Positions 50,825 through 63,158 of a stretch of 64,000 nt of DNA are shown here, in pieces. The stretch's first letter is position 1. Every line of letters starts with the position of its first letter. The translations under genes were made by a program, and so were the position numbers. The stretch is from Candidatus Latescibacterota bacterium (GTDB taxonomy: Bacteria > Latescibacterota > UBA2968 > GCA-2709665). Location of the stretch: contig OZ241917.1 in the NCBI GenBank assembly GCA_965203805.1, forward strand, positions 640,001-704,000, given 5' to 3'. The notes beneath the pieces are model-generated. The model saw nothing but the letters and a program-made list of their open reading frames with translations, was not told where the DNA came from and made no database searches.

Positions 50825-53800
50825 TCAATTTTTCATACGGCGACGGTCCCGTTTTCGGCTCAGGGCCTTTCTAACTGGCGGGTCGGCCACTCCATCTGGA
50901 ATGATGGGATCGTCATCCTCACGCAAGATGACAAGGTCGGGATCGTTTTCACCTATCTGCCATGCCTCACGGATCTCCAATTGGCGTTTGGCAATTGCAA
51001 ATTGGCGCGACGGCAAATTGGAGATTTCGTTTCTTGGGTTTAACTGAACCGGTGCAAGGAAGAATCGCCCTGCATTATTGTATGCCTCGACGAATTTCTC
51101 GAGATTCTTCAAAGAGTTTGGCGACATTCGCTGCATTCTCGATACGAAAAGAATGAACTTCCCTTGGCCCCCTGAGAATTGCTGAAAACTCGGTCCAAGA
51201 ATGACGCCATATTCAGCGGGGTTTTGTTTCGAAACGCCTTTGATTATTGCCAGCCTCAATGCATCGTCCGCATCGCCGTTTCCCCATCGATCCTTCCAGG
51301 CACGAAAAATCGCATTGCCCGCCTTTCCATCTTTAAATGCTATCGACAGAATCGGTGGCTCGTCGGCGAAAATGATAAATGCGGTTCCTTGCCACTTGGC
51401 CTTATCCCACAATGGAATATCGATAGGTGAAAGAACCCGGCGGTCCGAATGGCGTATCTTCTGTCTATCATTTGGGGCGTCAGGCGGCGGGCCGGTACCA
51501 AACTCAGGTGGTCCGGTCTCAATCGACGAGGCAGAACTCTTCGATGTGCGCCAAGAATTGTTGCGAATTGCTTGATATTTATGGTCATCTTTGTCGATCC
51601 AGTCTAGCAGCCGAATCCTAGGCGTCTTGCCAAAGACGTTTCTATTCAGTGTAAGCGAATCATTGTGATTCAAGGCTCGTGACAATCCGTGTTCCTCCCC
51701 TATTACCCGATTCAACCATGCCTTCACGTCACGTATCATCAGGAACCTACACGAAATCTTCAACAGGCATTCTTGAAGCCAATCCGAATGTTCTTGTCCG
51801 GTGGCGATACTTGCGACTCCATAGTCGACGGGGTGGGTTATCTTAACTTTGGTACTATCGTCTTCGATGAAGTGGACCTGTGGAGTTCCCTCTTTCTGAT
51901 CTGATGTCTTGACGTTGAAAGATACGTGTTCGCGATACGGGAATACGTGCCGCTCGTCACTAGTTGAGAGGAATGCCTCCAAAGCACCTAAAAGCGATTC
52001 CACGACGCCAAACGACGCCGAGTTATTGGGCGTCTCGACGGCAAGTTCTATTCCCAGAATCGTCGACCTCAAGACGCTAGTTTCCCCAACGACCAAAACT
52101 GGTCGCGAGGAAATGTCTTCTGCGGCAGGTTGGTCTTGCCATTGTTCAAAGAAAGTCTGCACTCTTTCAGCATCTTCGTCGGCAGGGATGCAACCTTCTT
52201 CACGCAAGACCTGCTCATGTCCGAAAGCGAACAGCAAAGCCATTCGAGCAGAGTCGAGTCCTAAGCGCTTTAGTGAGCTTGGCAGGGATGCAACCTCTGG
52301 CAGTGCTTCCAGCGGTAGGTTCAATAGATGAATGCCAAGGACCCACTCCTGCATCTGCAGTTCTTCGGTATAGGCTATTCGATGATCCTCGGATAAATCT
52401 AGATGTGCGGCGATCGAATTCGCAAGTGTGATCGCATCCAAGATGTGAGGAATGCGTCCCAGTCTAAGTTCGATCCACACAATCCGATTGAGGGCAATTA
52501 ACGCTTCAGAGATTACCTGTCCTTCTTCAATAAACGTGGCCAATGAACGTTCGACGGCCGCCAATGCCTTATTTCTGGCCGCCCAGGGAAGTCCGGCGCA
52601 CTCATATGCGTAGCTTGCGCCGATTAGAGTCGTTACCAGTTGTTCTCTATACTCTTCCTTCATCAATAACTCCTCAGCGCGGCCGAACCATTGGATTGCT
52701 TCATATTGCCTGTTGTGTTTCATCTTCTGTTGCGCTCGTTTTACGTAGGCGATGCCTGCTGCGCCATCGCTACGCCGTTTCCTCATTACGTCTGCTAATT
52801 TATCGTACAGGGCATCAAATGCAGGACTATCGAAATATTCGCCGAGTTCCCCAACAAGATCGAATAGATGTTCGACTGAATACGCGCCCAAATTGTCTGA
52901 CTTTTCAACGACTTCTGTTAATTCCTGCCACGCCTTGTTTTCTTCATTGGAATTCCGATCGTGTAAAGCACGGGTTGTTCGCATCAAGATTAAGCTTGTG
53001 CGTGCCTGAAGTGCATTGTTAGGCCGTGTAGAGTCCGCAGCTAAAGTCTCCAGCACATTGGCCAAGCTCCGCGAACGACAACTGATCTTGGACACTCGGC
53101 CGTCGATTAGTTCTGCATTTACCGATGTGAGCAGAAGCATCCAGAGATTCACAAGTAGACCGACATCTTGGGACTGAACGGAAGTCAGCGCGTATTGTTC
53201 GGCTTTTTCGTAGTAATGGTTGAATTCGGTATAGTCCTCGTACCACCAATAGGCTGTCCAAGCGCGATTATACGCAATGCGCAATCGTTGTTGGAAGTAG
53301 TCCACTTCTTGGGCTATTCGATCTGCAATTGCGAAGCGACGATCCACCTCGTTGCGCGGTCGCTCAAGACTCCTGGCCAAGATTGCACTACGTAGACAGT
53401 CCTCGACCAGCTGATATCGAGCATTTTGGTAATTTGACGGATCGGAGACCTGCTTATCCAGTTTATCGAGTTCCTCGAGTCTTGCGGTGTCACGAGGACC
53501 CCTTCGGGCCGTCTTTTCTCTCCGTACATCTTCAACGCCCAAAGCTGCAAAGTAAGCCTCAATATGCCGATTGTCGGATTCGTAGACTTTCTCCACTATC
53601 CAAGCACGATCGATGATGTGTACGGGAATCTCCACTTCTTTACTAAGTATGTCTTCATTTGTCGACCGCTCTTTGTCGCTGACGAATTGATTGGTAAAAA
53701 AGTAGATTAGCTTGTAGTCACGACCCGTGGATAGGATATTCTTCACGTCGGCCTTAACCTTGGGCTTCCAATCCTTCTTGGCGCTGAACGCAAACGCCCA

Positions 53801-54211
53801 ACGCTCTGCCCCGGCAGAAGGTGAACCGATCCACCATCGTTCCGTGATTCTTCCCGCGACCGGATAGGTCTCAGTGTCAACCTTGCTGTCTCCGCCACCT
53901 GTGGGGCCGGTCTGAACACGTAGATTCGGGCAGATTTCCCTTTCTGCTAATTTCCGGCAAAAGTGTTCGAACTGGTACTCCTGCTTTCGACTGGTTAACG
54001 TTTCCAAATGGTATTCGAACATTTGCTTTGGCAGCCAATGCGTGCTATCTACTAGCGTATCAAAGAAGAGGTCTGGATGTCGATACCGCATCAGATCTCT
54101 AGGATTATATGCGTTTCGGCGGGATGCAACCTGATCGCAATTCTCTGGTTTACGACCACGATTGTCACGTTTCGGCTTTTTATCCTTGTCATCGTTCATA
54201 TTACATACCAT
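50825..54211 (-). CDS. Large putative defence protein: N-terminal PD-(D/E)xK-like nuclease domain plus TPR-like helical region
   Basis: FEHFCRKL...GPTGGGDSKVD...AFSAKKDW resembles Mrr/REase N-termini; long helical region; no Walker A seen. Confidence 0.6.
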   Translation of the reverse strand: MVCNMNDDKDKKPKRDNRGRKPENCDQVASRRNAYNPRDLMRYRHPDLFFDTLVDSTHWLPKQMFEYHLETLTSRKQEYQFEHFCRKLAEREICPNLRVQTGPTGGGDSKVDTETYPVAGRITERWWIGSPSAGAERWAFAFSAKKDWKPKVKADVKNILSTGRDYKLIYFFTNQFVSDKERSTNEDILSKEVEIPVHIIDRAWIVEKVYESDNRHIEAYFAALGVEDVRREKTARRGPRDTARLEELDKLDKQVSDPSNYQNARYQLVEDCLRSAILARSLERPRNEVDRRFAIADRIAQEVDYFQQRLRIAYNRAWTAYWWYEDYTEFNHYYEKAEQYALTSVQSQDVGLLVNLWMLLLTSVNAELIDGRVSKISCRSRSLANVLETLAADSTRPNNALQARTSLILMRTTRALHDRNSNEENKAWQELTEVVEKSDNLGAYSVEHLFDLVGELGEYFDSPAFDALYDKLADVMRKRRSDGAAGIAYVKRAQQKMKHNRQYEAIQWFGRAEELLMKEEYREQLVTTLIGASYAYECAGLPWAARNKALAAVERSLATFIEEGQVISEALIALNRIVWIELRLGRIPHILDAITLANSIAAHLDLSEDHRIAYTEELQMQEWVLGIHLLNLPLEALPEVASLPSSLKRLGLDSARMALLFAFGHEQVLREEGCIPADEDAERVQTFFEQWQDQPAAEDISSRPVLVVGETSVLRSTILGIELAVETPNNSASFGVVESLLGALEAFLSTSDERHVFPYREHVSFNVKTSDQKEGTPQVHFIEDDSTKVKITHPVDYGVASIATGQEHSDWLQECLLKISCRFLMIRDVKAWLNRVIGEEHGLSRALNHNDSLTLNRNVFGKTPRIRLLDWIDKDDHKYQAIRNNSWRTSKSSASSIETGPPEFGTGPPPDAPNDRQKIRHSDRRVLSPIDIPLWDKAKWQGTAFIIFADEPPILSIAFKDGKAGNAIFRAWKDRWGNGDADDALRLAIIKGVSKQNPAEYGVILGPSFQQFSGGQGKFILFVSRMQRMSPNSLKNLEKFVEAYNNAGRFFLAPVQLNPRNEISNLPSRQFAIAKRQLEIREAWQIGENDPDLVILREDDDPIIPDGVADPPVRKALSRKRDRRRMKN

Positions 54212-54314
54212 GACAACATATCGTGTGTAAGTGTATCTAATGGGCCATCATCAAGGATAGTTGATAGACACATATCCTAGAGGGTAGCGAGCGGTTAGTA
54301 ACTACCAAGCGAGA

Positions 54315-54920
54315 TCATGAGTTGTACCGTCTCATTCGTCGGCTTAAGTCATATTCACAACGACCGCGATCGTCGAATGTCGCGTCAACCAAGAATCGGA
54401 GCTTTGCGACGTCATTTTCGATTCTATTCCACGGCGTCACGGAGATTTTGGCCTCAGGTTTGAGAAGATTATCAATGATCCGATCTGGCATATATGGATA
54501 CCGACGTTCATATTCACGTCTCGTGTCGACCGTTATCCATGATGTGACTTCTGGATATACGCGGCTCTTCTCTCCATCTCCGTGTGAAGCAGTGAAATTA
54601 TCAGATGTTCCAGGTAAATTAACGACCAGAACGCCCGATTTCTTATTGACGGTTCCATCAAACATGCTTGAGTAAATCTCCCAGTCAACGTGCTTTCTAC
54701 GTTCCGTCTCTACTCCGACCAGAACAATCGTCACCGTCGAATCTCTCAAGTATTCGTCTCGGATAATCTCACGTATCCTCTCGTCGCTAAGGTTTTCGGA
54801 AACATCCCCGGTATCCACGGACTTATCTATAAAAATCGAATGTTGCCATCCCAATTCCACCAGACGTTCCTTGTACCATTGGTCGTTCTCGTGGTGGTAA
54901 CTAATAAAGACCTTATGCAT
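54315..54920 (-). CDS. TIR-domain protein (ThsB/MTH538-like)
   Basis: HKVFISYHH, STVTIVLVG, HVDWEIYSS with catalytic-type Glu. Confidence 0.88.
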   Translation of the reverse strand: MHKVFISYHHENDQWYKERLVELGWQHSIFIDKSVDTGDVSENLSDERIREIIRDEYLRDSTVTIVLVGVETERRKHVDWEIYSSMFDGTVNKKSGVLVVNLPGTSDNFTASHGDGEKSRVYPEVTSWITVDTRREYERRYPYMPDRIIDNLLKPEAKISVTPWNRIENDVAKLRFLVDATFDDRGRCEYDLSRRMRRYNS

Positions 54921-55758
54921 CGTTTCCTCCCGCGCATTCTAGGTTCAATTCATCGCGTATCCGTCTAAGACCCCGCGATACGAGCGTTACCGCCTGATGT
55001 ATATGCGGCGTCCGGGCAAGAATAGCGTTGTCTTCGTCAGAGAGTCCGTTTTGCAGATCACCCGGTGAGTAACTCTCAAAGCACGAGCGACCCTCCCAGT
55101 TCGAACGTAAATTTGCCCAAGGCTCTACCAGCCCAATAGTCTCCGCAATGTCGCGGGTACAGCCGCCGAAGCCGCCGAGCAGAAATATTGGCTGATGCGA
55201 CTGAAGAGACAGAAGCGTTTCCTCGGCGATGCCCGGCATGCATCCCCTGTATCCATCTACTCTTCCACCGAGCACAATACGCGCCTGAGTTTCTTCTCGC
55301 ATGACAACCCGCATCGTCGTCAGCCCTTCGGCCCACTCGTCGTCACCCGGCTCATATTCTGGAAGTTCCAGCCGTTGTTCCCACTCCAGGCGACTGCCAT
55401 CCCGTGCAAGAAAGATGACGTGCGCGGACTCCTCGTGCCCGGCGGTGAAGGCAGCCAAATCGTCCACCGTCATCCGAATGTGCACGGGCCACGCCAGGTA
55501 GTCGGTAACAGTGATCTTTCCGATATGGCGCGGATGATCCCGGTACCGCACAATCAGTTCGAACAACAACTCGGTAAAGCCGTGAACGCGTAGATCGCCA
55601 CCGTACGCCAGACTCGTTCCCGAAGCGAGTAGATGCAACGCAATCTCGGCCATTGCATCCTGCAGGTGCCCCTCACTCAGTCCGAGCAGGGCCATGTCAG
55701 GGCTTTCTGATGTCGAAATCGCCACAGTCGGTGTCGGCCTGGTCTTCTGAAGTGTCAT
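54913..55758 (-). CDS. Standalone SLOG-superfamily protein
   Basis: VAISTSES, LAYGGD, ARIVLGG, PGIAEE, PIFLLGGFGG; overlaps both flanking TIR genes. Confidence 0.8.
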   Translation of the reverse strand: MTLQKTRPTPTVAISTSESPDMALLGLSEGHLQDAMAEIALHLLASGTSLAYGGDLRVHGFTELLFELIVRYRDHPRHIGKITVTDYLAWPVHIRMTVDDLAAFTAGHEESAHVIFLARDGSRLEWEQRLELPEYEPGDDEWAEGLTTMRVVMREETQARIVLGGRVDGYRGCMPGIAEETLLSLQSHQPIFLLGGFGGCTRDIAETIGLVEPWANLRSNWEGRSCFESYSPGDLQNGLSDEDNAILARTPHIHQAVTLVSRGLRRIRDELNLECAGGNDA

Positions 55759-56921
55759 GAGGTTTCCTCCATCCACTCTGTAAGCGTCAATGTTCGCACA
55801 TTCGGTGCGATCTCTGAGAATAACCGGGCCTCATCAGTACCCAATCGTGGTTCAGGATACACGATCGCAGAACCAGCCTCACTTTCGTTAGCCGGTAGCG
55901 TCGCCAATGAGATTAACTCAGGTGGCCGTGCCGTGAACAGCACGTTGGAGTATGCCTCTCGAAACGGCTCAACGCGGCAACGCCATAGGTAGGTTCGGAA
56001 GACTTCGTCGAGCAGGCGTCCAATCGTCGAAGGAATCCTATCCTGTTCGCCCACGCCCATCCGCACGATTGGCACATTGCCCATGTATGGTATACTCCGC
56101 TGATCAAAATCGCGCAGACAATCGACGACAACCATCGGTACATGGCGTCGCTTGGCCTCAATTACCTCTCGCCGGCACCACTCGCGGGATGAATAGGAGT
56201 CCGTGTGCAACGCCACGACAGCACTGGTTTCGATCTGATGCAACAGAACCTCCCGGAAAGACAATCCGGCCGGGATGTCGTGGACATCAAAGAAACTCGA
56301 CAAAGCACTGTTTTCGTGTAACCAGTCACGGATGCTTCGCGCGACGGGTTCACCGTCATCGTCGTGCTTCGAGTGGCTGATAAATACCTGGATTTTCTCC
56401 AGGTAATCCCCAAGAGACGCCTCCGTTGATGCCGGACTGCGAAGCCGATGCCTAAGCATTCGAATGAATTCACCGGTGAGATCGCTGATGAGGCGCTCCT
56501 CGCGGACCGCTTTCGATCCTTCCCAACGATCCCACCGCAGTGCGTGCTCGTCAAGTTGAAGTTCACGATCTCCAGATTCCATTACTACAGGAAAGAGGCG
56601 AGCGGACAGTCCTCTTGTCTGTGTGTTCCGGGAAAGCTCGCGAACAAAATTCGACCATGCCGTGTCGTCGGCCAGTGCCGAGTCCATCAAAACGACGACG
56701 GCCGTCGCATCTGCTTCGTCCCAGTCGACTGATAGCGGCACAAGTTCACCCGGTGCTATCTCATGACGATAGAGAACGCTCAACCCAGGATCTCCGGCGA
56801 TGTTTCGATGGCGGTCTCGGCTAAAATGCATGCGAAGCACATCTGCTACCTCGACACCGTTCTCATTCGAGGGATGCCAGACGACATAAAGAGCGAAAAG
56901 TGGGCGAGTCGTGTTTACCAT
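55755..56921 (-). CDS. TIR-domain protein (degenerate TIR-like N-terminus plus TIR)
   Basis: VFISHSKHD, FFDVHDIPAG, YSSREWCRREV. Confidence 0.88.
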   Translation of the reverse strand: MVNTTRPLFALYVVWHPSNENGVEVADVLRMHFSRDRHRNIAGDPGLSVLYRHEIAPGELVPLSVDWDEADATAVVVLMDSALADDTAWSNFVRELSRNTQTRGLSARLFPVVMESGDRELQLDEHALRWDRWEGSKAVREERLISDLTGEFIRMLRHRLRSPASTEASLGDYLEKIQVFISHSKHDDDGEPVARSIRDWLHENSALSSFFDVHDIPAGLSFREVLLHQIETSAVVALHTDSYSSREWCRREVIEAKRRHVPMVVVDCLRDFDQRSIPYMGNVPIVRMGVGEQDRIPSTIGRLLDEVFRTYLWRCRVEPFREAYSNVLFTARPPELISLATLPANESEAGSAIVYPEPRLGTDEARLFSEIAPNVRTLTLTEWMEETS

Positions 56922-57084
56922 TTCACGATCCGTCGTAACCTTTGTAGGTATGGTGCGTAGGATTGACCATGGTCCGTGATTGGGCATTCTAAGCTATCGA
57001 TTCGACAAATCGACGATTCTACGGACAATTCGATTTCTTTTTTCTCGATGTCGTACCCCTCACCACTGCGCTGCACGCCGGCAA

Positions 57085-58056
57085 TCAGGCTTTATCTTCA
57101 TTTAATTCCTTCGATGCAGTTGCGCTAGCTAGTTGCGAAAAATCAAGTCGTTCGAGAAATTCCGCGCCATGCTCTTCGCAGTAGTCCTCTGTTGCCCCTA
57201 GAATCATTTCGTTGGCAACCAGCAGTGCAGGGAACAGCCCTTCGTCACTAAGATCAAACCAATTTAGATAAAAAAGGTAACAATCTCCCAATCTCTCGTG
57301 TGACTCGCACGCTTCGTCCTCGGTACTTCTGCGTATGGAACATTCGAATCCCAAAGATCTGACGTCACCCAGAAGGCGCTTCAGCCTAGCCAACGACTTG
57401 CCAGTGCATCTACGCAATAGATCTGCGTCGATGTGGATGTTTTCGGGTAAATCCGCTGGACAACCAAATCGAATGAGGCTGATGACCGCGTCCCTTTCAT
57501 CGCAGTTCATCCGCTTAAGCACATGGAAGAATGACCATGCCTGCGAGTAAACATGGGGCTGGATCTCATAGTCATCGTCAATGCCAAGTCGTTCGAACAA
57601 ACGATCCAAGGTCGGCGGCAGGTAGTTCCGCCGTACATCTTTTCCAAGCTTTTTCACTATCAGGTCACAAAAACCAGACGGCGATGTTTGTCTCAAATCG
57701 ACGTAATGCACGGTGTTGAGTAACCCCGGAACTCGTGTATCATCAAATCTAGCAGGCAGGATATACTCTTGGTTCTGCTCCATCGCACGGGCTTGTGCAC
57801 TTTGCCTCTCCCTGGTAGGCCAGACTTTGGCTGCATAGTCTTTAGAAACAAAGATTACGCAAAACCTGCACAAATGCTCATAAATCTCGCTCAAGTGGGC
57901 GTAAAGGTCCTTTCCCCACATAGTTTCCTGTGCGTAATCGTCAAAAAACACGCGGATGCCGCGGGATGTGAGTGTATCGGCAACTCTCCTCACGTACTCC
58001 CGCTGTTCGCCAGCGAACGACAATCCGATATCATATTCAAAGATTTTTTCACCCAC
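57085..58056 (-). CDS. TIR_2-domain protein with uncharacterised Cys-rich C-terminal domain
   Basis: YDIGLSFAGEQR, VFFDD, FVSKDY..KVWPTRE, ILPARFDD. Confidence 0.88.
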   Translation of the reverse strand: MGEKIFEYDIGLSFAGEQREYVRRVADTLTSRGIRVFFDDYAQETMWGKDLYAHLSEIYEHLCRFCVIFVSKDYAAKVWPTRERQSAQARAMEQNQEYILPARFDDTRVPGLLNTVHYVDLRQTSPSGFCDLIVKKLGKDVRRNYLPPTLDRLFERLGIDDDYEIQPHVYSQAWSFFHVLKRMNCDERDAVISLIRFGCPADLPENIHIDADLLRRCTGKSLARLKRLLGDVRSLGFECSIRRSTEDEACESHERLGDCYLFYLNWFDLSDEGLFPALLVANEMILGATEDYCEEHGAEFLERLDFSQLASATASKELNEDKA

Positions 58057-58129
58057 ATGTCACTCCTTCGCATTTCCCGTCTTTGTGGTTGCAGATGACT
58101 CCTGTCAAGCTAGACAATTCAGAAGCCAA

Positions 58130-59329
58130 CTATTCCGCACGTATACCACCTGTCATCAGTTCTTTTAAAAGCGTCTTGAATAACTCACACAGCACCCTGC
58201 CTTTTCTGCGGTGAAGGTCAATTTTGCGGCCAATGGCGTCGAGTATGGCCACGATCTCGTGCTGCTCTTCCAAATTAGCCGGATGCGCTACTGGAAGATT
58301 GCGTACGGTATCCAAATTCAGATTCTGTTGTTGGCCACCATGTGCCATGCGACGAATAGCGCGATAGCGAAAGGAAAGAAAGTGATATAGGTATCTGGTG
58401 CCGACCAAACCATCGTCACGAGGTCTAATTGCCGCACACGCTTGATTACATGCCGCCTCGGTCCCCAGAATTGCAACCCTGCCTCGCGTCACGCCCTGCC
58501 CATACATCGCCAGCAGCAGTGTTTCCGGTGGGAGCAGCTGTGCGGCTGACTGATCAAGGCCATCTTGTGTGATGTGTTCTTCGGTCTCGCAAATAACGCG
58601 ATAGTCAATTTCCGTGGTTTTAACCCATGGGATCGTTCCACCTGTCCAAAACGCTGGTGTTCTTCGAGACGGAGTTCCACCGGATACGACCGAGAAGTGA
58701 TCGTTGATTGGTTCAATAACCCAATTTTCCGGCACATGCCCGATTTCGGTTTCTTTCTGCGCCTTGCCACGAAGGCCGCGAGTAAACAGCGATTGCATCG
58801 CGGCCCGTTTCAGGTCTTGACCCTCTTCAATTAACTTCCCTGATATTTCGATTGCCTCATGCACAAGCCAAAGGAAATCGGCAATCCGCTTCTGTTCATC
58901 GAATGTGAACGCAGGCACCTCAAATCCGCCTATATGCGCCCATGATGTCCTTGGATGCTGGACGCCTGTCGTTCCCGCAACCGCATACTCGAGGAATCCA
59001 CGAGAATGAAGAACTACAGCGAGGAATCGGGGGTCTACGTTGGCCTTAGCCCGGAGTACGAGCAATTCCGTCGTGCAGACACCCGTCTCGTCAGCCAAAA
59101 TTGCCTTGTCGAGATACGGACGGAGTTTTCCGTACAGCACGTCATCGGCTTGAAACGCGGATGTGGTGCTTCGCATCTCTGACGCCCGACCACCGCCAAT
59201 TCGAACAAGCCGCCCCGAAGCCAGATGCTCGAGACCAAGATAGAGCGCGGCCGGCCGGGCGCCGGGTCTCACAGGCTCTCCCATCAGGTCGCACAGGTCC
59301 GCAAGGCGGGTTGTGTTCCTTTTCATCAC
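58130..59329 (-). CDS. hsdS: Type I RM specificity subunit S
   Basis: Two TRDs (DVLYGKLRPYL; SGGTPSR), conserved EQKRIA / EQHEIV, ending ELMTG. Confidence 0.92.
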   Translation of the reverse strand: MMKRNTTRLADLCDLMGEPVRPGARPAALYLGLEHLASGRLVRIGGGRASEMRSTTSAFQADDVLYGKLRPYLDKAILADETGVCTTELLVLRAKANVDPRFLAVVLHSRGFLEYAVAGTTGVQHPRTSWAHIGGFEVPAFTFDEQKRIADFLWLVHEAIEISGKLIEEGQDLKRAAMQSLFTRGLRGKAQKETEIGHVPENWVIEPINDHFSVVSGGTPSRRTPAFWTGGTIPWVKTTEIDYRVICETEEHITQDGLDQSAAQLLPPETLLLAMYGQGVTRGRVAILGTEAACNQACAAIRPRDDGLVGTRYLYHFLSFRYRAIRRMAHGGQQQNLNLDTVRNLPVAHPANLEEQHEIVAILDAIGRKIDLHRRKGRVLCELFKTLLKELMTGGIRAE

Positions 59330-59697
59330 CCCAACCCCTTAAGCCGCACGGCCGGCAGCCGCTTCAGCCGTTGGTTCGCCGGATCTACTTCAATGCCAAC
59401 GGACTCCAACGCTGTCAGGCCCAGCAACGGCTCCGTGTCAGCCTCGCCGAATATGACCGTCCCACCGACGATCTCTCCCATGAATTCAATCTCTGCAACG
59501 GTAACATCGACAACCAGTTCGCTCCCATCGGCGAGTTCGTATACCCTTCGCCCCTTAGGCTCCAGACCAATCGCCTCCAGATGCGGCCGGGGTACCAGAG
59601 AATCAGTCGCACCTGTATCAACCAGAAACAGACCTTCCCAGAACCTGTCGGGATCGGCGGGGTTCGTAATCCTGACCGTTACGTGCGTCGCTCCCAT
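59326..59697 (-). CDS. Clan AA (retropepsin-like) aspartic protease
   Basis: LVDTGAT, ELADG, PLLGLTALE. Confidence 0.88.
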   Translation of the reverse strand: MGATHVTVRITNPADPDRFWEGLFLVDTGATDSLVPRPHLEAIGLEPKGRRVYELADGSELVVDVTVAEIEFMGEIVGGTVIFGEADTEPLLGLTALESVGIEVDPANQRLKRLPAVRLKGLG

Positions 59698-59730
59698 TTC
59701 TCTACCTCCTTCGCCTCTCAGTATCCACGC

Positions 59731-61575
<1,845 letters not shown>

Positions 61576-61581
61576 ATATAG

Positions 61582-61609
61582 AATATAATAAACTTGGGCG
61601 TCTTGTCAA
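61582..61609 (-). promoter_or_regulatory. Promoter for HTH-hsdM, probably leaderless
   Basis: Minus strand TTGACA(61609-61604)-16 nt-TATATT(61587-61582); ATG 6 nt later with no RBS. Confidence 0.6.
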
Positions 61610-61776
61610 ATACGAATCAGTCTCGCCTCATTTTGGGCAGAATGAGGTGTTTACATTGAGAGATTCAAGGTCAGGATACGGCCAGGGGATGGAATTGCCA
61701 AGCGTGAAGGAGGGGATAATCGCCTGAATCGTATACACGGACAAAACGCGGGGCAGGGGAGTGTATAGGATCGCCG

Positions 61777-63009
61777 TCAGGACGGCAGAGCGGTCTTCTT
61801 TTGGAATACCGCGTTCCAGTCAATGCGGCCGGTGAACTGCATGGCCGCGAACAGGGTGGCGACGCACAGAATGGTAATGGCGAGGCCGGTATAGCCGGAG
61901 AAGAAAAACGAGTAGGAGAAGAGCACGAGATAGATGAACTGGCCCGCGGCGGTCTCGACGAACGCGAGGCGCGTGCCCACAACGAGGCGCATGTACGACG
62001 TCACGAGCAAAATCGAAACCGCGGAGGCCAGGACGAAGGCATAGTGAATCAGCATGTGGTCGACCAGGTAGGCCAGCAACAGATGGAAGCTGAAGAAGGC
62101 GGCACCGATGAAAAAGTAGTGCATAGGGTGCAGGTCGACGCCCCGCACCGTGGCGAAGATAAAGAGCAGAAAGAAGAACAGAAAGAGGGATACGGGCGCC
62201 GCGAAGACGACCTGCTGAACCCAGGGCCCGGGGTTGAGGCGGGCGGGGAAGATCAGGCCCAGATCGACGCCGGTGAGTAGATGTTCGTAGCGCCAGGTCA
62301 GGCGCCATCCCTCGTCTGCCCGGGTTTTCGACACGGGCGACACGCTGTCTTCCGGAAAGTCGATCTCGTCGAAGTCGGTCCGCATCACCAGATTGAAGTC
62401 CGACACCTGGTTGACGTCATCGCCGAAACTGTACCGCCATTGGTCCATGCCCTGCGAACGGTAGGATACGTGGACAGGAAGTTCCTGACCTGGCGCGAGA
62501 TGGAGGCGCTGGACCAGATGGCCGGATCGGACGGGCACCTCGGCGATGGCTCGACCGTCGACACTCAGGATAATATCGTCGTACACGGCGCGGCGCGCGG
62601 GCAAAGGCAGGTCGAAGTAAAGATTCAGGATCCGGTTTGTGGGGTTGGCCAGCGTGTACGTGGCGGCGAATCTGACCCGATACGTGGAATACCATAACAG
62701 GCCCTTTCGCCGGTGCTTGAGGGAAAGGTCGACTTCAATGCGGCTGGCGTTGAGGCTCAGAAAGTACTTTTCGTCCACCGTGCGCGTGACGGACTCGCCC
62801 TCCGGGCCGGGTTCGACCCGGGTGACGCGGTCCAGCCAGTACACCTGCGGGGCCTGCTGTGTCTGGGCCGTGCCCCAGAGTTGGCCCACAGAGTCTTTGA
62901 GTTTGTTGTCCTGTCGCAACGTGCGCTGGTGAATGGTCTGGCCCAGGATGAGCCACGCGACCGAAATGCATAAAAAAATGAAACCGATGGCGGCGATGCG
63001 CTGGATCAT
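61777..63009 (-). CDS. CreD-like inner membrane protein
   Basis: N-terminal TM, periplasmic domain, C-terminal TM bundle with LHPMHY...FHLLLAYL.DH. Confidence 0.7.
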   Translation of the reverse strand: MIQRIAAIGFIFLCISVAWLILGQTIHQRTLRQDNKLKDSVGQLWGTAQTQQAPQVYWLDRVTRVEPGPEGESVTRTVDEKYFLSLNASRIEVDLSLKHRRKGLLWYSTYRVRFAATYTLANPTNRILNLYFDLPLPARRAVYDDIILSVDGRAIAEVPVRSGHLVQRLHLAPGQELPVHVSYRSQGMDQWRYSFGDDVNQVSDFNLVMRTDFDEIDFPEDSVSPVSKTRADEGWRLTWRYEHLLTGVDLGLIFPARLNPGPWVQQVVFAAPVSLFLFFFLLFIFATVRGVDLHPMHYFFIGAAFFSFHLLLAYLVDHMLIHYAFVLASAVSILLVTSYMRLVVGTRLAFVETAAGQFIYLVLFSYSFFFSGYTGLAITILCVATLFAAMQFTGRIDWNAVFQKKTALPS

Positions 63010-63158
63010 TAGAACTCCCGGGCTTCGAGACGAGAAGTGGTTTTAGTTTGAACGCGTCGTCTGAAACGGAGTTCCATCGATGCCCGACAGGAGCATTCCG
63101 CGCACGTTGCAACGTATCCGGGAAACTGACCCGAAGCTCACGGAGCGATGCACGAAGT

